Below, one piece after another: positions 1 to 8,714 of a DNA stretch of 57,368 nucleotides (positions are counted from its first letter, which is position 1; the number at the start of each line of letters is the position of its first letter). Made by a program: the position numbers and the translations under genes. This stretch comes from a virus. Lineage: Duplodnaviria; Caudoviricetes. The stretch covers positions 1 to 57,368 of the IMG/VR virus record IMGVR_UViG_3300009610_000033, one strand, 5' to 3'. The notes under the pieces were generated by a model. The model ran no database searches, had not been told where the DNA came from, and saw nothing but the letters and a program-made list of their open reading frames with translations.

Positions 1-33
1 AGAGATGCGGCACATGGTGACTGGGGGTCGGCC

Positions 34-1881
34 ATGAGAATGGGGCCCCACGTCATGAGCCGGCTGGTGCCGGGCAGCCGGGCCTACGAGCTCTTCAAGC
101 TCTGGATCCTGCGCGTCCGCCCGCCGGTTGTGAAGTGGTGCCGCCAGAGCTTCGACCCGGAGCTGATGGCCTGGACCCGCGCGCAGGGCTGCAAGAACGT
201 CGGCCGCTGGGTGGAGGGCGACTGGCGCGAGCCGGGCCGCACCCTCGACGAGCTCCTCCAGTTTGCCGACTACCTGGATTTCGTGGAGTTCGGCAACGAG
301 GAGGAGCAGGGCAAGGACAACCCCCGCGAGTGGGCGCGCTTCTGTGGCAAAGGTCTGGAGTTCGCGCGGGATCTGGACGAACGCAACCGGCGCGCCGGCC
401 GGCAGGGCCCGAAAGCCTGCATCGCCAACACCAGCGTCGGACAGCCGGAGATCGCGCGCTGGGAGATGCCGGAGTGCCTGGACCTGGCCCGCTACATGGA
501 TGTCAACGGCCACGTCTGGGGCGTGCACGAGTACTACAAGCCCGTCCCCTGGGCGATGATCGAGGGCGACAAGGCAGCCTGGGACGGCACCCCACCGGCG
601 CGCGGCTGGCTGATGCTGCGAGTGGTGCAGGCCATCGAGGTCATGCGCCGCCACGGCATCAAGTTCCGCTTCATCGTGACCGAGAGCGGGCGCGACAACA
701 TCCCCGGCCAGCCGGGCGAGGGCGGCGGGTTCCGCGACGTGCCGGGCGAGCCATTCGCCGAGCGAATGGGCCAGTACGGCAGGCACCTCTCAGCCATCCC
801 CGAGTGCGTGGGATGGGTCGATTTCGGATTCAACGCATGGGCCGGGTGGACGCAGTTCGACCTGACCCTCGACGAAGCGATGCTGCTCGCTGTGTTGGCC
901 GTGTTGGAGCGGCTGCCTGGCGCGAGCAGCCCAGGCGGTACGCCGCCACCCCTACCGGAGGTAAAGATGCTGGAAGGTATCGATGTATCGCATCACCAGG
1001 GCGTGATGAACTGGGACCAGGCGCGTGCTGCAGGTGTCGCCTTCGCACTCATCAAGGCGACCGAGGGCTGGAGCTATGTGGATCCGCAGTTCGCGCGCAA
1101 CGCCGTCGGCGCGGCGCGTGTCGGCATCCCGTGGGGGCCGTACCACTACTTCCTCAACAACCTCGATCCGATCCGCCAGGCGCGGCACCTGGCCGCGACC
1201 TGCGAGGGCATCGCCCACCAGCTGCCGCCCTGCCTCGACCTGGAGGACACTAAGACTCCGCTCGACGAGGAGGCCTTCGCCCGGTTCGCCGCGGAGGTGG
1301 AGCGGCTCATGGGTCGGCCGGTGCTCTACACCGGGGCATGGTTCCTGGATGCCTACGTGGACCGGGACATCTCGTGGGCGTCGCGGCTTCCGCTGTGGCT
1401 GGCCGCCTACAGCACCAACCCGGCGTGGCCGAAGGCGCCGCGGCCGTGGGGTGAGGTGGCAGTCTGGCAATACACGAGCCGCGCGCCGGGCCCGGCCTTC
1501 GGCGCACAGTCGCAGGGAATCGACCGCAACCGTTTCCGTGGCAACCGCGAGCAGCTGCTGGCGCTGAGGATTCCGGCGGCGCCGGCGCCCGCACCAGACG
1601 GCGGCATGGACTGGGCCGGGCTGTGGCAACACGCCGAGCACGAGCAGGAGCGGCGTGGCGTCCACATCAACCCGGAGTCAGCCCTGCTTCGCACAGTGAA
1701 GGACGACGCCCGCGACGAGGAGCGCGAGCTGCAGGTGGTGCTCGGCGAGACGACCTACCCCGGCCCGAACGGCCAGGCCCGCACCTACATCGTTGCCCAG
1801 TCCTGGGACCGGAAGCGAAAGGTGCTGTTGGTCTGGAACGACAAGGAGGGCCGCGTGGAGACGCAGGAGCGTGCGGCATGA
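34..1881 (+). CDS. Endolysin: N-terminal putative glycoside hydrolase domain plus GH25 muramidase
   Basis: GH25 motifs GIDVSHHQG, IKATEG, YHYF, LDLED and WQYTS from nt 967. The N-terminal domain has EFGNE and VTESG motifs reminiscent of clan GH-A. Confidence 0.88.
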   Translation: MRMGPHVMSRLVPGSRAYELFKLWILRVRPPVVKWCRQSFDPELMAWTRAQGCKNVGRWVEGDWREPGRTLDELLQFADYLDFVEFGNEEEQGKDNPREWARFCGKGLEFARDLDERNRRAGRQGPKACIANTSVGQPEIARWEMPECLDLARYMDVNGHVWGVHEYYKPVPWAMIEGDKAAWDGTPPARGWLMLRVVQAIEVMRRHGIKFRFIVTESGRDNIPGQPGEGGGFRDVPGEPFAERMGQYGRHLSAIPECVGWVDFGFNAWAGWTQFDLTLDEAMLLAVLAVLERLPGASSPGGTPPPLPEVKMLEGIDVSHHQGVMNWDQARAAGVAFALIKATEGWSYVDPQFARNAVGAARVGIPWGPYHYFLNNLDPIRQARHLAATCEGIAHQLPPCLDLEDTKTPLDEEAFARFAAEVERLMGRPVLYTGAWFLDAYVDRDISWASRLPLWLAAYSTNPAWPKAPRPWGEVAVWQYTSRAPGPAFGAQSQGIDRNRFRGNREQLLALRIPAAPAPAPDGGMDWAGLWQHAEHEQERRGVHINPESALLRTVKDDARDEERELQVVLGETTYPGPNGQARTYIVAQSWDRKRKVLLVWNDKEGRVETQERAA

Positions 1882-2549
1882 CCCGCTCGGCGATCGCCAT
1901 CCTCGTCGTCCTGGCCGGCCTGCTCGCCTTCGTGGCGTGCGGGCGTGATGCTGGCGCCGGCGCCAGCCACGCGTCATTCATCTACGGTGACCGGCGAGCT
2001 CCGATCGGCGCCATACCTGAAACGACAAGACCACAACCCCTTCGCTGGCCCGCCCAGCCGATCACCGCGACGGCGACGCTGACCGCCACGATCACGGTGA
2101 CCCCGACTGTGGCCACGCCGACCGCGACCAACACCCCGTCGGCGCCAGGTCCGCTGGTCATGTCGTTCGTGGGCGAGGGCCGCTGGCTGTGGATCACCCG
2201 GCGCAAGGTGGACGCCCCACCCGGCAGCACACCCGAATTCGTGCTGTTCATCGAAGGCTCGCAGGCTGGGGGGACCCGCTACGAAGACGGCTACGACTAC
2301 TTCCAGGACATCCCCGGGCCGACCGCCACCATGTTCGGCGCAGAGACCGACGAGCCGACCGCGACAGACACGCCCACGCCAGCGCCGACGCAGACCCCGT
2401 GGCTTGTTGTGACCGTGATCGTGGTGACGGCCACGCCCGAGCCGACCGCCACGGCGCCACCTACGGCGTCAGCGACGGCGACGCGGGTGCTGCTGTTGCC
2501 CATCACCGTGCGCGGCTTCCGGCGGTGGGAATGGTGGCTGCGGCGATGA
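1878..2549 (+). CDS. Putative lipoprotein with Pro/Thr-rich linkers
   Basis: ATGA overlap with the endolysin stop. Hydrophobic N-terminus ending LAFVAC, TPTATP-type tracts, and C-terminal VLLLPITVR. Confidence 0.75.
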   Translation: MTRSAIAILVVLAGLLAFVACGRDAGAGASHASFIYGDRRAPIGAIPETTRPQPLRWPAQPITATATLTATITVTPTVATPTATNTPSAPGPLVMSFVGEGRWLWITRRKVDAPPGSTPEFVLFIEGSQAGGTRYEDGYDYFQDIPGPTATMFGAETDEPTATDTPTPAPTQTPWLVVTVIVVTATPEPTATAPPTASATATRVLLLPITVRGFRRWEWWLRR

Positions 2550-2722
2550 CCACCTGGACCGCCGACCTGCCGCTGCGCCACGTCCACAGTGGCCACCCGT
2601 GCACCGTCACCGGGCTGGTGGTCGTCGACTCGCCGCACTACGGCCCGCGGATGTACTACCGCACCACGACCGGTGAGCTGGTGCCGGTGGGATACCCGGT
2701 GCGCCAGCTGGGGCCGCGCTGA
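2546..2722 (+). CDS. Small hypothetical protein
   Basis: ATGA-coupled to the previous gene; starts MTTWTADLP. Confidence 0.55.
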   Translation: MTTWTADLPLRHVHSGHPCTVTGLVVVDSPHYGPRMYYRTTTGELVPVGYPVRQLGPR

Positions 2723-2809
2723 CCATGCCGCTGCAGCTGCTCGGCGCCGCCGAGCTCGACGAGTACCGCGACGCCGGCCACCCGGGCCGGCGCGAAGAGG
2801 AGGACTCAG

Positions 2810-3019
2810 ATGGACCAGGACCTGACGGAGCGGAACTTCACCTACCACCCACCGAAGCCCGGGCAGCCGGAGAAGTACGAGCGGCTGCGCGAGGAGGCGA
2901 AGGCGCTGGCGCGGAGCATCGAGGAGCTGTGCCCGTCCAGCCGTGAGCGCAGCCTCGCCATGACGAACCTGGAGCAGGCCGTCATGTGGGCCAACGCGGC
3001 GATCGCCCGCAACGAGTAG
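2810..3019 (+). CDS. Acb2/Tad1-like helical hairpin protein (putative cyclic nucleotide sponge)
   Basis: NFTYHPP...CPSSRERSLAMTNLEQAVMWANAAIAR resembles the Tad1/Acb2 hairpin consensus. Good RBS (GAGGAGGA). Confidence 0.7.
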   Translation: MDQDLTERNFTYHPPKPGQPEKYERLREEAKALARSIEELCPSSRERSLAMTNLEQAVMWANAAIARNE

Positions 3020-3125
3020 CTGGCAGCACAACGCCCCCGCTGTGGGCAGGGGCGTGCGCTGAACATTCGGAACCACCCGGCATTGTACCCGGGGCCGGCA
3101 GTTCTATCAACAGGAGGATACGATC

Positions 3126-3632
3126 ATGATCCGACGTCTCAAGGGTCTGCGGACCCGAACCAAGGCGGCGCTGTGCGCCGCCATCACGCTCTTCGTGCTC
3201 GGCCTCGTCGCGCCGGCGACGACCCTCGCCGCGTCGCCGGCGATCCGCGTGGCCCAGGAGGTCCCGCTGCCCGACAACATCGAGCAGCTCGTCGCGGCCT
3301 TCCTCACCATCTCGGCGGGGGTGGCCACGGTGATCGGCCTGACCGGTCTCGGCAAGTGGCTCGCGAAGATCAGCGGCCGCGAGATCGGCGGCAACCAGGT
3401 GCGCGCGGTGCTGGGGGTCGCCGCGGTGGGGACGAGTGTGGTCTACGCCTCACTGTGCGCGTGCGCCGGCGTGGTCGCGTTCCCCGTCGGCGGCGACCAG
3501 AGCGAGATGCTGCGCTGGCTGTGGGCGAGTTCGGGCACGCTGATCCTGTTGTCCATGGCCGTGTGGAAGAAGTTCGTGCGCCAGGAGCCGGAGATCATCG
3601 AGCTGCCGGCGGTGTTCGGCTCGACGCAGTAG
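3126..3632 (+). CDS. Holin-like multi-pass membrane protein
   Basis: Three to four hydrophobic segments, lysis-module position, RBS AGGAGG. Confidence 0.6.
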   Translation: MIRRLKGLRTRTKAALCAAITLFVLGLVAPATTLAASPAIRVAQEVPLPDNIEQLVAAFLTISAGVATVIGLTGLGKWLAKISGREIGGNQVRAVLGVAAVGTSVVYASLCACAGVVAFPVGGDQSEMLRWLWASSGTLILLSMAVWKKFVRQEPEIIELPAVFGSTQ

Positions 3633-3660
3633 GCGACGGAGCGAGGGAGTGGGGAAGAGC

Positions 3661-3689
3661 GAGGCCCCCGGTGACGAGCCGGGGGCCTC
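3661..3689. terminator. Hairpin between convergent genes
   Basis: GAGGCCCCCGG-N7-CCGGGGGCCTC is a perfect 11-bp stem. Confidence 0.7.
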
Positions 3690-3702
3690 TGAGCTAGCTA
3701 TG

Positions 3703-4236
3703 TCATTGATCCTTTGCCGCCCGAGATGCCTCGGTGCTTGCGCCCTTGTCCACCTTCTCATCTGAGCGCCCCATGTAGGCGGTGGCGATGGTAGCTAGTG
3801 CCGGGATGAGGGCTACCAGTGATGCAACCGGCATTCCCATCAGAATTAGGCCGGTAGTGGCAGCCAGCGACAGGACAGCTATGGTTGCAGAGAGCCACTG
3901 GCCGCGACGAGTTATCAGCAATTCCTCGCGCTGGAGATCTAACTGCTGTTCCTGCAAGTCCTGCTGTCGCTCCATGAACCGGTGGCGGTGTTCCTGCTCG
4001 CGCTTGGCCATGAGAACGATTTCGGCCGGAGCGTCTGCCCACACGCGACCATACGCCGCGAGCTCGTCTGCGGGCGGCAGGGGGCCTGCGTGAAACTCGT
4101 GCTTCTCGATCTCAACTCGCGCCTCTCCCCAGCCATCACCGCCAATGGCGGCGTCCCCGTCATGGTCGAGATTGGACTGTGCGTCGGTCCGACGACGGGC
4201 AGATACTATTGGGCGCCGCGCCCTGCTCTTCGTCAC
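3703..4236 (-). CDS. DUF2335-like membrane protein
   Basis: FHAGPLPPADELAAY...IVLMAKREQEHRH followed by two C-terminal TM helices. GTG start at 4236 preferred over the ORF-track start at 4548. Confidence 0.78.
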   Translation of the reverse strand: MTKSRARRPIVSARRRTDAQSNLDHDGDAAIGGDGWGEARVEIEKHEFHAGPLPPADELAAYGRVWADAPAEIVLMAKREQEHRHRFMERQQDLQEQQLDLQREELLITRRGQWLSATIAVLSLAATTGLILMGMPVASLVALIPALATIATAYMGRSDEKVDKGASTEASRAAKDQ

Positions 4237-4241
4237 GCGAC

Positions 4242-4490
4242 CTAAAGGCCATCCATCCCGGTCAACCGCTGTTGCATGGGCAACTGGCGGCGCTCGGCCT
4301 CGGCTGGAAACTCCGAGAAGGCCTTCCGGAAGTAGCCGCCAACGCACACCCAGTCGTAATACTGCGACAGAAGCGGGAGTGGCTGGATGGAACGTCGCTT
4401 GGGGGTATGAACACCGTACAGATCGTAGGCCCGAAACATCCCGGCGACGAAGATGGAACGGCGGCGGCGACCGACGTGATGAATTTCCAT
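4242..4490 (-). CDS. Small hypothetical protein upstream of the DUF2335-like gene
   Basis: SIFVAGMFRAYDL...DWVCVGGYFRKA. ATG lies 6 nt downstream of a -10 box. Confidence 0.6.
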   Translation of the reverse strand: MEIHHVGRRRRSIFVAGMFRAYDLYGVHTPKRRSIQPLPLLSQYYDWVCVGGYFRKAFSEFPAEAERRQLPMQQRLTGMDGL

Positions 4491-4496
4491 AGCGCG

Positions 4497-4526
4497 AGTA
4501 TAGGCTCCTACGTTTTGTGACGTCAA
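4497..4526 (-). promoter_or_regulatory. Sigma70-type promoter, probably leaderless transcript
   Basis: TTGACG-18-TATACT on the minus strand. Confidence 0.65.
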
Positions 4527-4548
4527 ACCGTTTCGGAAAAGTGCCCAC

Positions 4549-5007
4549 TCACCCCGTCAGCAGCCGCACCGGCATCTTCCCCGACTCGTACGCCAGCGCC
4601 ACAGCGGGCAGCGCGTGGTCGCCCACCGTCAACCCGTCGGGCATCACCAGGTAGGCGAGCCACTCCGAGTCGAACGTGGCGATGCCGCTCTCCACGGCCT
4701 CAAGCTTCGCCTTGACCACAAGGGCCAGCGCCCGCCACCGCTGCTTCACGGCCTGTTCGTAGGCGCCGGCCGCCGAGCTCGCCGTGCGCAGCCGCCCCGT
4801 CTCGGTGTGCGTGAACTCGTCGTCCTCGGGATCCGGCAGCGGCACGACGATGCGCACCTGGCGGCCAGCCATGCGGAAGCCGACCATGCCCCGGGTGCCC
4901 TCCTCGCCGAACATGAAGCCGTCCGCACCGTAGCGGCGCAGGGTGGCACGGATCTCGGTTATGCTGCGGTCCTGGCTCACGGCCGTGTCGGCGGCGTAGC
5001 GTGCCAT
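4549..5007 (-). CDS. Conserved phage hypothetical protein
   Basis: MARYAADTAVSQDRS...WRAL.LVVKAKLEAVESGI resembles a common phage family. TGATG-coupled to the upstream gene. Confidence 0.8.
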   Translation of the reverse strand: MARYAADTAVSQDRSITEIRATLRRYGADGFMFGEEGTRGMVGFRMAGRQVRIVVPLPDPEDDEFTHTETGRLRTASSAAGAYEQAVKQRWRALALVVKAKLEAVESGIATFDSEWLAYLVMPDGLTVGDHALPAVALAYESGKMPVRLLTG

Positions 5008-5765
5008 CAGGTTGCGACCTCCCATCCTTGCCCATTCCGGTGCAGCTCCCCTGCCTCGATCATCCGCGCCACCGTCGTCGGGCTGGTCTCCGCCCGCCGG
5101 GCGAGCTCCCGCTGTGACACGCTCGGGTGCACCGCTGCAACGCCCCTGACACGCTCGCGCGGATCGGTGACCACCTGGTGCTCCACCTGATCGGCCACCG
5201 TTGCGGGGCGTTCCACCGGGGCCGGCACTGTGGCCACCAGGTCCGACGCGGGTAGCGCCTCCTGCTCCACCACCGGTGCGGGCGGTGCAACAGCCCCCCG
5301 CTCCGTGGCCGCCGATGTCTCCAGCACGCGGGCCAGGTAGAGCGCCAGCAACGGCAGCGTGGCGGACAGGGCGATCAGCTTTAGCTGGGAGTAGCGGGTG
5401 AGCGCGACGAAGGTGGCCACACCGCTAGCGTCGCCGGGACCAGCCACCACAGACAGGGCATGGTCGAAGTTGGCCAGAGCCGAGAGCGCCGCGAACACCG
5501 CCACGCCTGCCCACAGGTCGCGTGCCGGCTTCCCAGCGCGTGCCCGGGCCCCGACTCCCCACGCCAGGGCAATCAGGCCCACGTCCACCGCAACGGCCGC
5601 CATCGGCGCCGTGATCGGGGCGAGTGACCGCAGCCAGGCCGGGGCGCCGCCGTGCTCCAGCGTGCCGAACGTGCCGGCCACGTGTGCCCAGGACGCGACA
5701 AGCACGGTGGCCAGGGCCAGCCACAAAGCGTTTGCAGGCGTTGCGTAGCGTTGCAGGCGTTGCAT
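5007..5765 (-). CDS. Four-TM membrane protein with C-terminal HTH (Spd/DUF2637-like architecture)
   Basis: Four hydrophobic segments, a Pro/Ala linker, then SQRELARRAETSPTTVARMI (HTH). Start is 5765 or 5795. Confidence 0.7.
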   Translation of the reverse strand: MQRLQRYATPANALWLALATVLVASWAHVAGTFGTLEHGGAPAWLRSLAPITAPMAAVAVDVGLIALAWGVGARARAGKPARDLWAGVAVFAALSALANFDHALSVVAGPGDASGVATFVALTRYSQLKLIALSATLPLLALYLARVLETSAATERGAVAPPAPVVEQEALPASDLVATVPAPVERPATVADQVEHQVVTDPRERVRGVAAVHPSVSQRELARRAETSPTTVARMIEAGELHRNGQGWEVAT

Positions 5766-5772
5766 CTTTCCC

Positions 5773-6162
5773 TCACTCTCCAAACGCACGGCCATTCTCC
5801 TCCCACGTCGGTCCCGGCTGGTCCACCACGTCCGGCGTCGGCACACCGCTCAGCATCGCTGCCAGGTAGTTGGACGCGTCCGGTGCTGCCTGCCCGGTCA
5901 TCCCCTTCGTCAGTGCCATTGCCCGCATGGCGATCAGGTCTGCCTCGATCTGCAGGCGCAGCGCTGTGGCCCTGGCTTCCATCGCTTCACGGAAGCGCCG
6001 GAAGTCGATGCCGATCAACCACAGGACGAGGCACAGCAGACAGCCGCCGATGACGACCCAGGTGAGCCGGTCATCCAGGTACACCCGGTGAGCCATGAGC
6101 AGCACGGCGCCGGCGACGCCCACGCCGCCCATCACGCCGCCCGCCCGGAGCGCGCCGTCCAC
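5773..6162 (-). CDS. Two-TM membrane protein with coiled-coil-like tail
   Basis: Two hydrophobic helices followed by a helical segment; in operon between FtsK and the Spd-like gene. Confidence 0.65.
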   Translation of the reverse strand: MDGALRAGGVMGGVGVAGAVLLMAHRVYLDDRLTWVVIGGCLLCLVLWLIGIDFRRFREAMEARATALRLQIEADLIAMRAMALTKGMTGQAAPDASNYLAAMLSGVPTPDVVDQPGPTWEENGRAFGE

Positions 6163-6196
6163 TCAGTCTACCGCCCGCCCACTGAACGGGAGGGTA

Positions 6197-6220
6197 TGTA
6201 GTAGGCTAGTAGCCTAGTAG
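6197..6220. repeat. Three tandem 8-bp repeats NNTAGTAG
   Basis: TGTAGTAG GCTAGTAG CCTAGTAG, just downstream of the FtsK stop codon. Confidence 0.7.
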
Positions 6221-6232
6221 GGGTGGGTGAAG

Positions 6233-7648
6233 TCATGCGACGGCCAGAGCTTGCAGGGCAGCGTCTCGACGGCGACGGGCGGCGTCCATCGCGCCACCGA
6301 ACTCGCGTTGGATGGCGGTGGCGGACGGCGGCAGACCTTCGCTCACGGCTCGCTCCACCGCCCAGCGGACCGCCTCATCGTCAGGCTTGCGCACGTTGCG
6401 AGTGTCGGTGACCACGGAGACCGGCGCCGCGGCCGGTTCCGCCTCGAGCTTCGCCAGCATGGCCCAGTCCGCCGGCCCGCCTAGCGCCGCCTGGATCCGC
6501 ACCGCACGGCCACCGCCGACGAGGATCATGTCGCCCTTCCCGGCCAGCCACTGCGCGCCGGTCTGGTCGATGATGACCCTGGAGCCCGCGGAGTCCTTCA
6601 CCTTGCCGGCGATTGACCAGGTCAACTGGTCCGTCAGCACCTTCGGCAGGTAGTCCCTCGTTGGCCGGTGCGTGGCCACGACCAGCTGCACGGCCCGCTT
6701 CCGACCGCGCTTGGCGATGTCGATGATCACGTCGCGCGTGGCGGCGTCCAGCATGTGGACCTCGTCGACGGCCACGACGAGCGGTCGCTGCCGGGGGTCG
6801 ATCGGGCGGGCGTCCATCAGCTGGCGCGCGTACAGGACGGCGTCCCTCGCCGCATCGACGTCGCGGGCGATCGCGCAGCGCAGCCTGGCTGCCCGGGCGA
6901 AGGGCTCGAACGTCTCCCCGTCGGCGTCAATCAGCACGAGCTCGGCGCCTACGGTATGCAGCTGGAAGACGATCACCTGCAGCATGGTGCTCTTGCCGCT
7001 CTGGGTGGCGCCGGCGATCAGCATGTGCGGCGAGGCGCCCAGGTCGACCATCGCCACCCGGTTCTCCGCGTCCACGCCCACGCCGAACCGGAGGCCCTGC
7101 CGGGGCATCGACGCCAGCGGCACGTCCCGCCGCGGCGACCGCGGGATCTCCACGCGCAGCTCGTCGCCGTAGGTATAGACGCGCGCCCGCGGATGCTTCG
7201 CTGCGGCCCGGGCTTCGGCCAATGCCTTGACGTCGATGTGCGCGTGGCCGATCGCCGGCTGCAGGCGCAGGGTCACGACGTGTGGGGCGATCGTCGGCGG
7301 CAGGGGCGAGGTGACGGTGCCGACGCGGAGGACGCGGGCCCACACGTGCAGCGTCTGCAGGACGGCGCGGCGGTATGGGCCTTCGGGGAGGGTGGTGATC
7401 CGGTTCGACTTCACCATGTTGCACCGAGCGCACAGCGCGCGAACGTTCGCCGGCACGTCGGGGCCCGGAGCGATGCGCGGGTCGCGAGGGTGCCGCGGCA
7501 GGATGTGGTCGCCGTGCATTGTCTCCAGGGTCAGCGTCGCCGGGCACTGGCCTTCGTGCCCCCCGCAGTCGCCGTAGCACTGGCAGCGGCCACCAGAGCG
7601 GCGGAAGGCGCCGCGGCGCAGGGCCTGCCAGCGGGGGGAGGTGATCAT
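6233..7648 (-). CDS. HNH endonuclease fused to FtsK/SpoIIIE-family DNA translocase
   Basis: HNH part: RCQC...HGDHILP...NVRALCARCNMVK. FtsK alpha-like LRVEIP, Walker A GATQSGKS, Walker B VVAVDE, RGRK...VATHRP, GAQWLAGKGDM, and gamma-like SATAIQREF. Confidence 0.88.
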   Translation of the reverse strand: MITSPRWQALRRGAFRRSGGRCQCYGDCGGHEGQCPATLTLETMHGDHILPRHPRDPRIAPGPDVPANVRALCARCNMVKSNRITTLPEGPYRRAVLQTLHVWARVLRVGTVTSPLPPTIAPHVVTLRLQPAIGHAHIDVKALAEARAAAKHPRARVYTYGDELRVEIPRSPRRDVPLASMPRQGLRFGVGVDAENRVAMVDLGASPHMLIAGATQSGKSTMLQVIVFQLHTVGAELVLIDADGETFEPFARAARLRCAIARDVDAARDAVLYARQLMDARPIDPRQRPLVVAVDEVHMLDAATRDVIIDIAKRGRKRAVQLVVATHRPTRDYLPKVLTDQLTWSIAGKVKDSAGSRVIIDQTGAQWLAGKGDMILVGGGRAVRIQAALGGPADWAMLAKLEAEPAAAPVSVVTDTRNVRKPDDEAVRWAVERAVSEGLPPSATAIQREFGGAMDAARRRRDAALQALAVA

Positions 7649-8139
7649 GCGGGCTCAGGTTCCATCAGCCGGCGCGCAGCAGCATACTCGCCGTCTGGGT
7701 CCAGCCACTTCAACCGTCGGCGAAGCTGTGAGACCTGGGCCTCCGCCGAGCGGATCATCTCGGCGCCCTGGACGTTGGCCTCCACGCCGCTCTGGTACGC
7801 GCCAAAGTAGAAGTCGCGTTCGTCGCGCAGCCGCCGCACCTCGGCCACCAGCGTCAGCACTTCTGCAGGGTTCGCGGCGGCGATGAAGGAGGCGTTGGCG
7901 TGCCGCTCATCGTAGTCAATGATTGTGCTGGCTCGGGTACCCGCCACCATGACACCTGCCGGGGAGAACGGCGACCGCTTCCGCGGCATGGGGGCATGGA
8001 GAGGGTCGCGGGCCGCAGACGCATGGATCGTGGGGTAGGTCGCAAGGGCGCTATGCGCCACCTTCCACGGCCCCGGCGTTGCTTCCCCCGCCAGCCGTTC
8101 CAGCTCCGCCAACTGCGCCTCGCTCAGCGGCTCAGGCAT
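7645..8139 (-). CDS. Ead/Ea22-like protein
   Basis: LAGEATPGPW...ANASFIAAANPAEVLTLVAEV signature. Confidence 0.8.
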   Translation of the reverse strand: MPEPLSEAQLAELERLAGEATPGPWKVAHSALATYPTIHASAARDPLHAPMPRKRSPFSPAGVMVAGTRASTIIDYDERHANASFIAAANPAEVLTLVAEVRRLRDERDFYFGAYQSGVEANVQGAEMIRSAEAQVSQLRRRLKWLDPDGEYAAARRLMEPEPA

Positions 8140-8497
8140 TGGCCACCTCCAGCAGCACATCAGCGTGGCACGGCTCGCCCTCGCGGCAGAAGCACGCCAG
8201 GTCGCGGCCGCGCAGCTCGGAGCGGGCCAGCTCGAAGGGGTCACACTTGAACCGGGCCCGCCAGTGAAGGTGCAGCTCGTAGGCCTCGCTGTAACGCTCG
8301 TTGCTCTGAAGGTGCAGCAGGGCAGGCGACCAGTCGCCGCGCAGGGTGTTCCGGTACAGGGCGATCGCCAGCTCGGCGCCCCAGACCTCCACGCGGTACG
8401 GGTTGCCCCACTTGGACGGGCGCGTGACGCTGACCGCGCCCTCGGGCATCCGCCAGCCGCGCGTGCGCTTGCGCTGGATGCGGCGCGGCTCAGCCAT
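8132..8497 (-). CDS. DUF4326 family protein
   Basis: RPSKWGNPY...ELRGRDLACFC...PCHADVL. Confidence 0.85.
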   Translation of the reverse strand: MAEPRRIQRKRTRGWRMPEGAVSVTRPSKWGNPYRVEVWGAELAIALYRNTLRGDWSPALLHLQSNERYSEAYELHLHWRARFKCDPFELARSELRGRDLACFCREGEPCHADVLLEVANA

Positions 8498-8714
8498 TGC
8501 CCACCTCGAACGACAGCGCCTCAATGCGGTCCGCCCAGTGCTGCAGTCCCGCCGGCCGCATCATCACACACCGCGTGCCATCGGACTCGAACACGTCACG
8601 GGTCCGGTCAGCAGCCATCGCCCGCAACTCGTCGGCGATCTCGACCAGCCTCACGGACGGGGGACGGATACGGACGGCGAGGTTACTCGTCTGGGCTGTC
8701 GTCGGCTTCGGCAT
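8490..8714 (-). CDS. Hypothetical protein
   Basis: Overlaps neighbouring genes in the leftward operon; RBS AGGAG. Confidence 0.6.
   Translation of the reverse strand: MPKPTTAQTSNLAVRIRPPSVRLVEIADELRAMAADRTRDVFESDGTRCVMMRPAGLQHWADRIEALSFEVGNG

Noticed and set aside
6233-7648. FtsK-like ATPase as genome packaging motor
   Set aside because: TerS, TerL and portal are present, and this gene lies in a separate leftward operon with FtsK alpha- and gamma-like regions.
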